A stretch of 26,526 bases of DNA from Kiritimatiellia bacterium (GTDB lineage: Bacteria > Verrucomicrobiota > Kiritimatiellia > RFP12 > UBA1067). Below the pieces are notes generated by a model that was not told the DNA's origin, made no database searches, and saw only the letters and a program-made list of their open reading frames with translations. The DNA lies in NCBI GenBank assembly GCA_017430155.1, contig JAFRNO010000625.1, forward strand, positions 1-26,526, in the 5' to 3' direction. This document shows, one piece after another, positions 1 to 9,500 of this stretch. How positions within the stretch are numbered: position 1 is the stretch's first letter; each line of letters begins with the position of its first letter. The position numbers were made by a program, and so were the translations under genes.

Positions 1-171
1 CTGCGGCCCAATGCTCGGCATCTGGCTGATGCGGACCTTCGCGTCCATCTTGTCCTGCGCCTCTTCGACCGCCGACCGGCTGCCGCGGGCGTTCCGCGAA
101 GACCGCTGCGCGGAAACCGTTGCCACACACGCGCACGCAAGCGCGAAACAGAGAACTTTCTTGATCATCAT
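1..171 (-). CDS. Secreted protein, N-terminal fragment (runs off window edge)
   Basis: SD AAGGAGGT (185-178) lies 6 nt before ATG at 171. Translation MMIKKVLCFALACACVATVSA-QRSSRNARGS... looks like a Sec signal peptide, and the frame is open to position 1. Not in the ORF track. Confidence 0.75.
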   Translation of the reverse strand, partial: MMIKKVLCFALACACVATVSAQRSSRNARGSRSAVEEAQDKMDAKVRISQMPSIGPQ

Positions 172-206
172 CTTTCTACCTCCTTGGGTTGGGATGGCTT
201 ATTGTA

Positions 207-1235
207 TCACAAAACCTTCATCTTCGGCAAATCCTGAATGTCGACCACGCCGAGCACCCGCCCGGCCGCGTCGCATACAGGCAAATCGTCAATGCGCTTC
301 CGCTCGAAGACCTTGAGGAGGTCCACGGCGTAGGCGTCGTCCCGGATGAAGAGGGGTTTCGCCGTCATCACCTCCGAGACCGGCGTGGAGAGGCCGAACG
401 CAGTCCGGCCGTCGGGATTTCCGGCCGCGACAAGCGCGGCCGCTCCCGCTTCCGCGGCGATGCGGCGGCGGAAGTCGCCGTCGGTGAAGATGCCGGCGAG
501 CGTGCCGTCGGCGTTCACCACCACGGCCGAGCCGCCCTGGGCCTTCGTCATGGCGAGGAGCGTGTCGAGCACCGTCGTCTCCGGCGGCACCTTCGCGAAG
601 TGCTCGCCCGTGCGCATGACGTCCGAGACCTTCAGCACGAGCGCGCGCCCGATCGCGCCGGCGGGATGGTTGAGCGCGTACCGCTCGCGGTCGAACGCCT
701 GCACGTCGATCATCACCATCGCGAGCGCGTCGCCCATCGCCATCGTCGCCGTCGTCGAGTTCGTGGGCGCCATGCCGAAGGGACACGCCTCCGGCCCGCA
801 GGGGATCTCCAGCACCACGTCCGCCAGCTTCGCGAGCGTCGACTCCGGATTGCCCACGACCGCCACCACCTTCAGCCCGTGGCGCCGCACGGCGGGGATG
901 AGGCGCACGACCTCCTCCGACTCGCCGCTGAACGACAGCGCGAGCAGCACGTCGTCCGCCCCCGTCATCCCCAGGTCGCCGTGCATCGCCTGCACGGGGT
1001 TGAGAACGATCGAGTTCACGCCCGTCGACGCGAAGATGGCGCTCATCTTCTCCGCGACGTGCAGGTTCTTGCCGACGCCCGACACCACGGCCTTGCCGCC
1101 GCGCGCGAGCGCGCCCTGCAGGAGCGCGATCGTCTTCGCGAACGATTCCCCGAGCGAGGCGCGCACGCGGCGCAGGCCTTCGATCTCAATGTCGAAGACC
1201 TCCTTCGCTCGCGCAATCTGTCGCTCGGCGGTCAT
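207..1235 (-). CDS. kdsD: KpsF/GutQ-family arabinose-5-phosphate isomerase (SIS domain + CBS pair)
   Basis: 342 aa with motifs SGVGK, ASTG, HGDLGM, SFSGES, EACPFGMAPTNSTT, MGDALA, HPAGAIG, then two CBS motifs (GIFTDGD, KRIDDLPV). Confidence 0.92.
   Translation of the reverse strand: MTAERQIARAKEVFDIEIEGLRRVRASLGESFAKTIALLQGALARGGKAVVSGVGKNLHVAEKMSAIFASTGVNSIVLNPVQAMHGDLGMTGADDVLLALSFSGESEEVVRLIPAVRRHGLKVVAVVGNPESTLAKLADVVLEIPCGPEACPFGMAPTNSTTATMAMGDALAMVMIDVQAFDRERYALNHPAGAIGRALVLKVSDVMRTGEHFAKVPPETTVLDTLLAMTKAQGGSAVVVNADGTLAGIFTDGDFRRRIAAEAGAAALVAAGNPDGRTAFGLSTPVSEVMTAKPLFIRDDAYAVDLLKVFERKRIDDLPVCDAAGRVLGVVDIQDLPKMKVL
422..446 (-). repeat. GGAG-footed REP-like hairpin inside kdsD
   Basis: Minus strand reads GGAG-CGGCCGCG-CTTGT-CGCGGCCG, a perfect 8-bp stem. 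It encodes GAAALVAA in an over-long CBS loop. Confidence 0.6.
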
Positions 1236-1239
1236 GGTC

Positions 1240-2280
1240 TTATTTCTTCGCCTGGGCTTGCAAGAGGGTCACGCAGATGGTGCCGACGATGTCCTCGGCG
1301 CTGCAGCCGCGCGACAGGTCGTTCATCGCCTTCGCGAGGCCCTGCAGGTTCGGGCCGATCGCCACGGCGCCGCCGAGGCGCTGCGCGATCTTGTAGCCGA
1401 TGTTGCCCGCCTGGAGATCCGGGAACACGAACACGTTCGCGTTGCCCTGGATCGCGCCGCCCTTGTTCTTGAGCGCGCCCACCTCCGGCACGATCGCCGC
1501 GTCGAACTGGAGCTCGCCGTCCATCGCGATGCCCTTCTCGGCGAAGACGGGCTTCGCGAGCTCCACCGCCTTCTGCACCTTCTCGACGAGCTCGCCCGCG
1601 GCGCTGCCCTTCGTGGAGAAGCTGAGGAACGCGACGCGCGGCTCGTTGCCCGTGAGGTCGCGGTACGTCTGGGCCGTGGAGAGGCCGATGTCCACGAGCT
1701 GCTCGGCCGTGGGGTTGGGAATCACCGCGCAGTCGCCAAACGCGAGCACGCTGTCGCCCGAGGCCGTGGGCGCCTTGAGGTCCATGATGAAGCAGCTGGA
1801 GGCCGTCTTCACGCCCTTCTGCGTGCCGAGCGTGTGGAACGCCGCGCGCAGCATGTCGCCCGTGGAGGCGATGGAGCCGGCGACGAGGCCGTCCACGCGA
1901 CCGAGGCGCACCATCATGCCGCCGAAGTAGATGCGCTTCGTGCGGAGCGTCTTCTGCGCCGTCGCGAGGTCGATGATCTTCTGCTTCTCCGGCGGCTTGC
2001 GCGACTCCTTCGCGTTCCACGCCTCGAAGTAGGCCTGCTCGAGCTCGGCGTCGCCCTGCGTGTAGTCAATCGTCTTGATGCCGCGCTCGGCGAGCGAAAG
2101 CCCCGCCTTCGCCTCGGCGGACGCGATCTCCTCGGCCGTGCCGAGCACGATCGGCATGCAGATCTTGCGGTCCACGCAGCTGCACGCCGCCGTGATGACG
2201 CGCGCGTCCATGCCCTCGGGCAACACGACCGTGCCGTTCAGCGCGGAGGCCCTTTCAATGATTTTCTCAATTGCTTTCAC
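1240..2280 (-). CDS. pta: Phosphate acetyltransferase (short class, 346 aa)
   Basis: Motifs LPEG, SSCFIM, FGDCAVIPNP, FLSFSTKGS, DGELQFDAA, FVFPDLQAGNIGYK, NDLSRGCS. Likely GTG start at 2280 overlapping the ackA TGA (GTGA), with AAGGAAAG upstream. The track ORF extension to 3276 is spurious. Confidence 0.95.
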   Translation of the reverse strand: MKAIEKIIERASALNGTVVLPEGMDARVITAACSCVDRKICMPIVLGTAEEIASAEAKAGLSLAERGIKTIDYTQGDAELEQAYFEAWNAKESRKPPEKQKIIDLATAQKTLRTKRIYFGGMMVRLGRVDGLVAGSIASTGDMLRAAFHTLGTQKGVKTASSCFIMDLKAPTASGDSVLAFGDCAVIPNPTAEQLVDIGLSTAQTYRDLTGNEPRVAFLSFSTKGSAAGELVEKVQKAVELAKPVFAEKGIAMDGELQFDAAIVPEVGALKNKGGAIQGNANVFVFPDLQAGNIGYKIAQRLGGAVAIGPNLQGLAKAMNDLSRGCSAEDIVGTICVTLLQAQAKK

Positions 2281-3503
2281 TTTGACTTTCCTTTTAAAAC
2301 CGCCACCGTCTCGCGGGCGATCATGAGCTCCTCGTTCGTGGGGATCACCACGACGGGGATATTCGAATCCTTCGTGGAGATCACGCCCGACGCGCCGAAG
2401 CGCACCTTGAGGTTCGCCTTCCTGTCGAGCTTCACGCCGAGCGCGCCGAGGCGCTTGACGATCTGCTCGCGCAGCTCGGCCGCGTTCTCGCCGATGCCGC
2501 CCGCCATCACGATCGCGTCCGCGCCGCCGACGAGCGTGTTGTAGCCGCCGATGTAGAGCGCGGCGCGGTGGCCGAACGCCTCCAGCGCCTCGACGGCGTC
2601 GATGTCGCCCTTCTCCGCCTTGGCGACCACGTCGCGCGAGTCGCCGCCCTGCGCGCCGGCGAGCCCCTGGAAGCCGCTTTCCTTGTTGAGCATCCTGTCG
2701 AGCTGCTCGAACGTATAGCCCTGCTTGCCGAGGAAGAAGAGCACGCCCGGGTCGATCGTGCCGGAGCGCGTGCCCATGATGAGGCCGTCGAGGGGCGTGA
2801 GGCCCATCGTCGTGTCGATGCATTCGCCGTTCTTCACGGCCGCGAGCGACGACCCGTTGCCGAGGTGGCACGTGACGAGGTTCACCTTCTTGAGGGGCTT
2901 CTTCAGCCACGCGGCGGCGGCCTGCGTGATGAACTTGTGCGAGGTGCCGTGGAAGCCGTACTTCCGGATGCCGAACTTCCGCGCGACCTTGCGCGGCAGC
3001 GCGTACTGGTAGGCGCAGCCGGGCATGGTCTGGTGGAAGGCGGTGTCGAACACGCCCACGTTGGGAACGCCCTTCGCGGCCTTCTCGCACGCCTCGATGC
3101 CCTGCAGGTTCGCGGGGTTGTGGAGCGGCGCGAGCGGCACGCACTTCTGGATGAGCTTCTTCGCGGCGGCGGTGATCTTCGCCGGGGCGGAGAACTTGTC
3201 GCCGCCGTGAACCACGCGGTGGCCGATCGCGTCGATCTCCGCGAGGCTCTTCACGACCCCGCACGCGGGGTCGCACAGGACGGACATCACCTGAGCAATG
3301 GCCTCGACGTGGTTTTTCATCGGCACCTCGCGCACGATCTTCTCGCAGCCGGTCTTCGTGTAGACAAGACGCGATCCCGCGATGCCGATGCGCTCGACGA
3401 GGCCCTTGCAGAGCATCTTCTCGCCGGTCATGTCGAAGAGCTGGAACTTGAGCGACGACGAGCCGCAGTTGACGACGAGAACCTTTTCTATTTTCTTAGC
3501 CAT
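2277..3503 (-). CDS. ackA: Acetate kinase (408 aa)
   Basis: Motifs NCGSSSLKF, GHRVVHGG, APLHNP, FDTAFH, YGFHGTSH, HLGNGSS, MGLTPLDG, GIGEN, PTNEELMIA. True start is MAKKIEKV at 3503; the track extension to 4358 overlaps the giant gene. Confidence 0.96.
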   Translation of the reverse strand: MAKKIEKVLVVNCGSSSLKFQLFDMTGEKMLCKGLVERIGIAGSRLVYTKTGCEKIVREVPMKNHVEAIAQVMSVLCDPACGVVKSLAEIDAIGHRVVHGGDKFSAPAKITAAAKKLIQKCVPLAPLHNPANLQGIEACEKAAKGVPNVGVFDTAFHQTMPGCAYQYALPRKVARKFGIRKYGFHGTSHKFITQAAAAWLKKPLKKVNLVTCHLGNGSSLAAVKNGECIDTTMGLTPLDGLIMGTRSGTIDPGVLFFLGKQGYTFEQLDRMLNKESGFQGLAGAQGGDSRDVVAKAEKGDIDAVEALEAFGHRAALYIGGYNTLVGGADAIVMAGGIGENAAELREQIVKRLGALGVKLDRKANLKVRFGASGVISTKDSNIPVVVIPTNEELMIARETVAVLKGKSK

Positions 3504-3513
3504 TCTTTCTCTC

Positions 3514-3537
3514 GGCCGCGCACGGGCGCGGCCCTCC
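3514..3537 (-). repeat. GGAG-footed REP-like hairpin, intergenic
   Basis: Minus strand reads GGAG-GGCCGCGC-CCGT-GCGCGGCC, a perfect 8-bp stem ending 10 nt upstream of the ackA ATG. Confidence 0.6.
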
Positions 3538-3554
3538 GATTTTTCCTTTTCAGC

Positions 3555-3583
3555 AGGCCGCGCCCCTTCCGGGGGCGCGGCCT
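3555..3583. repeat. 12-bp-stem inverted repeat after the giant gene stop
   Basis: AGGCCGCGCCCC-TTCCG-GGGGCGCGGCCT shares its GGCCGCGC arm with the 3514 hairpin. No U-tract follows on either strand. Confidence 0.7.
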
Positions 3584-3589
3584 TCCCGG

Positions 3590-6500
3590 TTACTTGATGA
3601 CCGCCTTGAAGAACCGCGCCTCGGGCATGCGCGCCTTGGCCGCGGCCAGCTCCTCCGCCGTCACGGAGAGCGTGGTCGTGTCGTTCGCGCGGATCGTGAA
3701 GGATTTCACCTTGACCTCGACCGCGTCGGCGAAGTCGACCGAAGACGCGCAGGAGAGGTAGAGGTCCACCTGCGCCTCGTCGCCGACGATGACCACGCTC
3801 TGCCCGCTCACGACGGACGGAACGACGGTCTCCACCGCGATCTGCACGCCCTCGTCGAGCGAGAAGGACTTGATCGTCACAACCGTGCGCTCCTCCACCA
3901 CCGGCGCGTCCGGCGCCGCTGAGAGCAGGGCCGCCGCCGAGGCCGTGACGGCCGGGTCGGCGTCGGAGAGGAGAACGCTCATGAGCGTCATCGCCGCGTA
4001 GGTGTTGTTGCCGACGGCCCTCGCGCCAAGCTGCGTATAGGCCTTCACCGTGGTGGCGAGGTTCGGATTCACCTTCGTGAAGAAGGTATTGCCGTTCGGA
4101 GACGACAGCGACCCCAAGGACTCCTTCTGCTCCCATTCGTACACGTCCGGCAGACCGTCGTTGTCCGTGTCCGCATCCTCGAGGTAGATCTCGGCCAGAG
4201 GCGGCTCCGCACCCGCCGTCACCACGTACGGACGCGGCGTGAACGGGAAGTCGACCGCAGACACGGACTCGCCGCCGCGCAGGACGTTCGCGTACGGCGC
4301 GTCGGCCGCGCCCACGTAGCAGCCGTAGCCCCAGGTCTCCCAATTGTCCTTCGAGCAATTGCCGTTCGTGTCGAGGAACGCGCGCACGTAGTAGGTGCCC
4401 GGCGGCACGCCGATGATCACGGCGTTCGCCGCCTTGCTCGCGTCGTCCGCCGACCCGAGGTTGGCCGTGTTCGTCACCCAGCCCTCGCCGGCAGGCTGTC
4501 CGGAGAAGTCGGGCGAGGTGAACGCCTGCACGCGGATGAGTTTCTCGACGCCGGCCGACGGATTGGCCGAACGGGCGCCCGGGCCGAAGTACTTCACGCG
4601 GGCGTAGATCCGACCGTAGTCGCTGACCGTGCCCAGCGCACCCGACGCCTCGAGGCGGAACGGCTGCTTCGTCTCGGAGGAGTTGACCGTCGTGAACTTC
4701 GCGTCAAGCATCGAGACGGACCACTGGTAGTTGTTCGTCGTCGCGAAGATCACGCCCTTCGGCGTGGGCGTGTTCGCGTAGATCGGCGCCGTCCACGAAT
4801 ACTCGCCCTTCGCGTTGCGCGCCGGCGCCGGCTGCACGCCGGAGTCGTAGACGATCGTCGAACCCGCGGCATCCCACACGCGCAGGCGGAAAGCCGGGTA
4901 GGCCTTGCCGATCGTGTTGGGATGCTGCCATTCGAACGTGGGCTGGCCGCTGTAGATCGATCCCTTCGGCGACCGGGGCACGCACTTCGTCTGCGCGCCG
5001 GCCGCGCCGAGCTCGTAGACGTTCCTGAACAGCGTCGCGAGGCTGTTGTTCGTCTCCGTCGCCGACACCGACCCGTCGCCGACGACCAGACGGTACGTCA
5101 CGTTCGTGATCGACGCCACGCTGATTCCCATCGCCGACGCGCGCGTCGCGAGCGTGGACCAGTCAAGGTCGACGGACGTCTTGAGGTTCTTCTCGGTGAA
5201 GAACGGGTTGTCGCCGGGATGCACGACCGTGTCGAGGACCGTCTCGGTCGCATAGGCCGAGTTCGCCTGGTAGCGTCCGTTGATCGAACTCCGGACCACG
5301 CGCAGACGGACGGAGCTCTCCGTCTCGCCCGGCATGTTCTCGCCAGGGGCGTTGACCTGTATGTTCTGGCCGCCCGGATAGCCGACCACGCCGCGGTCGT
5401 TGATGGCGCGCTGCGACTCGAAGTCGTTGGAGGCGAACGCCTCCGCCAAGTTGATGCGGTACGTCTGCACGGCGGTGTCCGTAAGCTCCACCGTGAACGA
5501 GGCGTTCGCCCAGCCCACGTCGACCTTGCGCACCACTCCGTAGGGCTCGCCCGGCGTCCACTTGTTGTCGCTGTTCTTGTCGAGGTAGACCGCAAAGAGG
5601 TTCTGCCCCTCGCGGACATGTCCGCGCGACTTGAAGACGTCCGAACTCGGCAGGCTTTCCGCCAGGCTCAACGTGATGCGCGAGTTGCCCGTCGGCACGG
5701 CGCTCTTCCACTCCAGGTAGACATAGGACGTCGCGAGGTGGATGATCCGGGTGCTGTTGCCGCTGCTGCTGCTGCCGCTGCCGCTGCTCTCCGTAATCTG
5801 CATCAACCCCTGGAGGGCGGTGAAGTCAAGGTTGACCTCGCCCGTCTCATAGTTGATCGTACCCACCGTTTCGCCGGCGGCGTCCGAGGTCCGCACGACA
5901 AGATCACCGAGGACGGTGGAACCAGGGTGGATCCTGTCTTCCACCACGCCCTGCCACACGGCGGTGTCAAGCGTGCCGTACGTCCTGTTCGTCACGGGAC
6001 CGGACATCCAGTTCGGGTCCTTGAAGTAGACCTTGGTCGAACCCGGCCTCACGGAGCCCGGACCAAGCGTGGTCTTCCAGGACGTGTTCGGGTTGAGGCC
6101 GATGTACTTCGTGAGGCCCTCCGAGGAGCCCGTGGCCCAGATGGCGTCCGGAATGCCGGCCTCGCCGGAGTTCAGCGAATAAGCCTCCACCACGATCGGG
6201 TAGTTGAGCGTGTCCTGACCGTTGTAGACGATCGTCGCGCTGATTGTCGGCACCGGGTAATGCGCCACCGAGAAGTCGTCGATCGCGTTCACGTTCTGGC
6301 GCGTCGGATCCGTGCCCGCGCGCGCTTCGGCGAAGTTGCTCCAGCCGTCGTCGTCGGGGTCGCGCAGCGCGTCCCACACGTAACGGGAGATCGCGTTCAC
6401 GTCGTACTGGTCTTCCCAGAGGTCCTCGATCATGTCATGGTCGGTGAACATCTCGCCGAGGTAGAGCTTGCCGACGCGGAGGAAGTAGTCCGGCACGGCC

Positions 6501-9500
6501 TGGCCGAGCGAGTGCGGCATCGTGGGCTTCACGCGCGGGAAGCCGTACTGCACGAAGCACTCGCCGATCAGGTACTCGGCGTAGTTCGAGAGGCCGTCGC
6601 CGTCGGAGTCCTCCAGCGCGGACGTGACGCCGTTGAGGTTCTCCCACCAGTCGGGGAGACCGTTGTTGTTCGTGTCCGTCTGCGTGCGGTAGTTCGGATC
6701 CACCGTGCCGTCGGGCATCATGCCGTTCGCGAGGTCGCGCAGGTAGGCCTCGCGCGCCGTCATCTCGACGCCGTTGTAGACGACGAGCGAATCCCAGGTG
6801 AAGCCCTCGGCCGCGCCATAGTTGGCGATGGCCACGGCCTCCCACCAGTCGGGGATGCCGTCCGAGTCGTCGTCCCAGCCGGCGAGCTCCCAGGCGGACG
6901 CGGCGCCGTCGCCGTCCCACATCTCCGTGGCGCGCTTCGCGAAGGCGCCGCCGAGCGGGACGAGGTCCGAGCAGCCCACCAGGCCCGTGCGCGCCTCGAA
7001 GCGCCAGAGGCTGTACTTGTCGCTGCAGGAGCTGTCCAGGTCGGCGAGCATCGAGAGCGCGTTCCCGTGGTAGGTGCGGTCGCCGATGTAGTTGTAGTAC
7101 GGATACGGATTCGCCGTGTTGGCGTACTGGAACGTCGGCTCGGCGACCGAGGAGGTGATGCTCAGCTCGGGCAGCACCTCCCAGGCGTACGCGACGCCGC
7201 CGAAGTACTCGCTCCAGTACTGGGAGTCGGGCGACGAGCCGTCCATGAACGGCAGGTGCGCGCAGGTGTTCGGGATCCACGGCACGAGGTGGTAGTTGTT
7301 GTACACCGTGCTGCCCACCGTGTTCTGCAGCGCGGACCACCAGCCGCAGTAGAGGCCGCCCGGCACGTAGCCGCCGTCCACGCGCACGTTGTCGATCACG
7401 TTCTTCGTGAAGCCGACGGGCTCGACCGCGACGTCCGCCGCGTCCGCCGCGCCGTAGAGCGTCTGGAAGTTATAGTGGAGCACGAGCTCCGGCGGCAGGT
7501 TCGGATAGCCGTCGTTGTTGTTACGCGTGCCGCCCTGGCGCCAGGAGTTGTAGACCTCCTGGCGAAGCGCCTTGACGTCCGCGAAGCTGTAGCGCCGGTT
7601 CATCGAGTCGACGATCTGCACGGCCGTGCGCGCGTCGTCCCACACGCGCACCTCGTCGACGTAGCCCGAGTAGAAGGAGTCGAAGTCGTCCCACGTCGTC
7701 TTGTCGGAGAGTTCGAACGCCTTCGCGCCGGCGGCGCGCGCGCCGAGCACGACGGCGGAGGGCTGCACCTCGTAGCCGTTCCGCAGCACGGGGAACGCCG
7801 CGTTGTCGGGCACGGCGTCCTGCGCGAGCACGAGGATGCCGTTCGCGGGCGCGAGGGTGGTCTGGAACGTGCCGGCGACCTTGCCGTCCACGTAGAGCGT
7901 CATGACCGCGCCGTCATAGGTCAGCGCCACGTGCGTCCACTTGCCCGCCTCCTGCGTGAAGACGGAGACGACCTTCGGGGAGCTGTCGCCCGAACCGGTG
8001 TCGATGGCGTCCGTCGTGTCGAACTGGCCGTAGAGGCGGCCGTCCGCCGTGAGGCCGATGCGGAAGTTCGCGCGGATCTTCGCGACGTTGTTCGAGAGCG
8101 TCGTCGGGGTGCAGTTGACGGTGCGCTCGAAGATCACCTGCTCGCGCGTGACGTCCTCCGGGCACACCCACGCCTCGGCCGTGAAGCGCTTCAGGAAGCT
8201 GTATTCGAGGTCGACCTGGCGGCGGAAGGTGCTGTTGTAGGAGATGGCGGCCGAGTTGGCGCCCGGGAACCAGAGCGCCTGACGGCGGTCCGGATCGGTG
8301 AAGTTGAGCGGGTCGCTCGCGACCGTGGCGGTCGTCGTGCGCTCGGAGAGGTCGTTCAGACCGTCGTGGTCGGTGTCGTAGCCCTCGTTCTCCTCAAACG
8401 CGAACATCCAGAACTTCTCCTTCTCGTTGGCCGAGCCGTCGGACGTGTTCCAGTTCCACGGATAGACGTTGAGCGCGAAGTCGGGAACCATCTGGTCGGG
8501 GTCCATCTGGTAGTACTGGACCGTGTAGCTCGCGTTGCCGGGCGAGGTGGAGTCCGTCATCCACAGCGGCGTCGGGTCCGTGTGCGAGGGCCGCGGCGTG
8601 GAGAGGTTCACGTAGACGCCCTCCTCGGAGTTGACGAGGCCGTCGCCGTCCGCGTCGGCTTCCGGCGTGCCCATCATCCACGGATACTTCATCGCGTCGT
8701 AGGGCGAGTTGCCGTCGCCGAACGTCGGCATCATCGGCCAGCCCGTCCAGGCGTTGCTCCACCAGGCGATCTTGCCGCCGTAGGCCTGGGCGATCACGTC
8801 GTTGGCGATCGAGCCGAGCGACGGGTCGCCGACGCTGCCGAGCAGCGGGTTGAGGCCGTGGAAGATTTCGTAGTAGTCGTCCAGGCCGTCCTGGTCCGTG
8901 TCGAACATGCGCGGATCGGTCGAGCAGTAGGTGGTCGCCGCCACGGTCGAGCCGCCGATGTTGAACTGCGGGCGCAGCATCACGCGGAAACCGTACGGGT
9001 CGTAGGCGACGAGGTTCTCCGACGAGCGGTTCTGCGCCACGAGGTCCCATTCGTGGGGCGGACGCGCGAAGTAGCCGAGCTCGCGGAACTTCCAGGCGCC
9101 CGTCGCCGGGAATCCGGCGGCCTTCACCTTCGCGTAGAACGTCTCGCCGTCCATGATGTTCATCGGCACGAAAGCGAAGAACTGGCGCGTCCGCGGCGTG
9201 CCGTCGGGCATCCACTGGCCCATGAGCGGCGTGTCCTTGTCGTCGTAGCGGAGGTGGCGCAGGGACTGCACGAGGTACTCCTGGAAGTTCTGGAGGCCGT
9301 CGTGGTCGAAGTCGTAGTTGCGCTTCGTCCCCGTGAACGGGTCGGTGTAGCGCGTGCTCGTGTAGGCGTCGCCCGTCTGCACGGCGTCTTCCATGCGGAA
9401 GCCGTGCGTACCGTCCATGCCGGCCGTGATGTACGGCTGCTTGGCCGTCGCGTCGGACTTCAGGCCGTCGGAGCGGCGGATCAGCCTGACGAGGCCTTCG

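Noticed and set aside
3555-3583. Intrinsic terminator call for the giant gene
   Set aside because: An A-rich rather than U-rich tract follows on the coding strand, so it is kept only as an inverted repeat.
5755-5790. GCT/GCC triplet run
   Set aside because: Encodes a Ser/Gly linker; ordinary low complexity.
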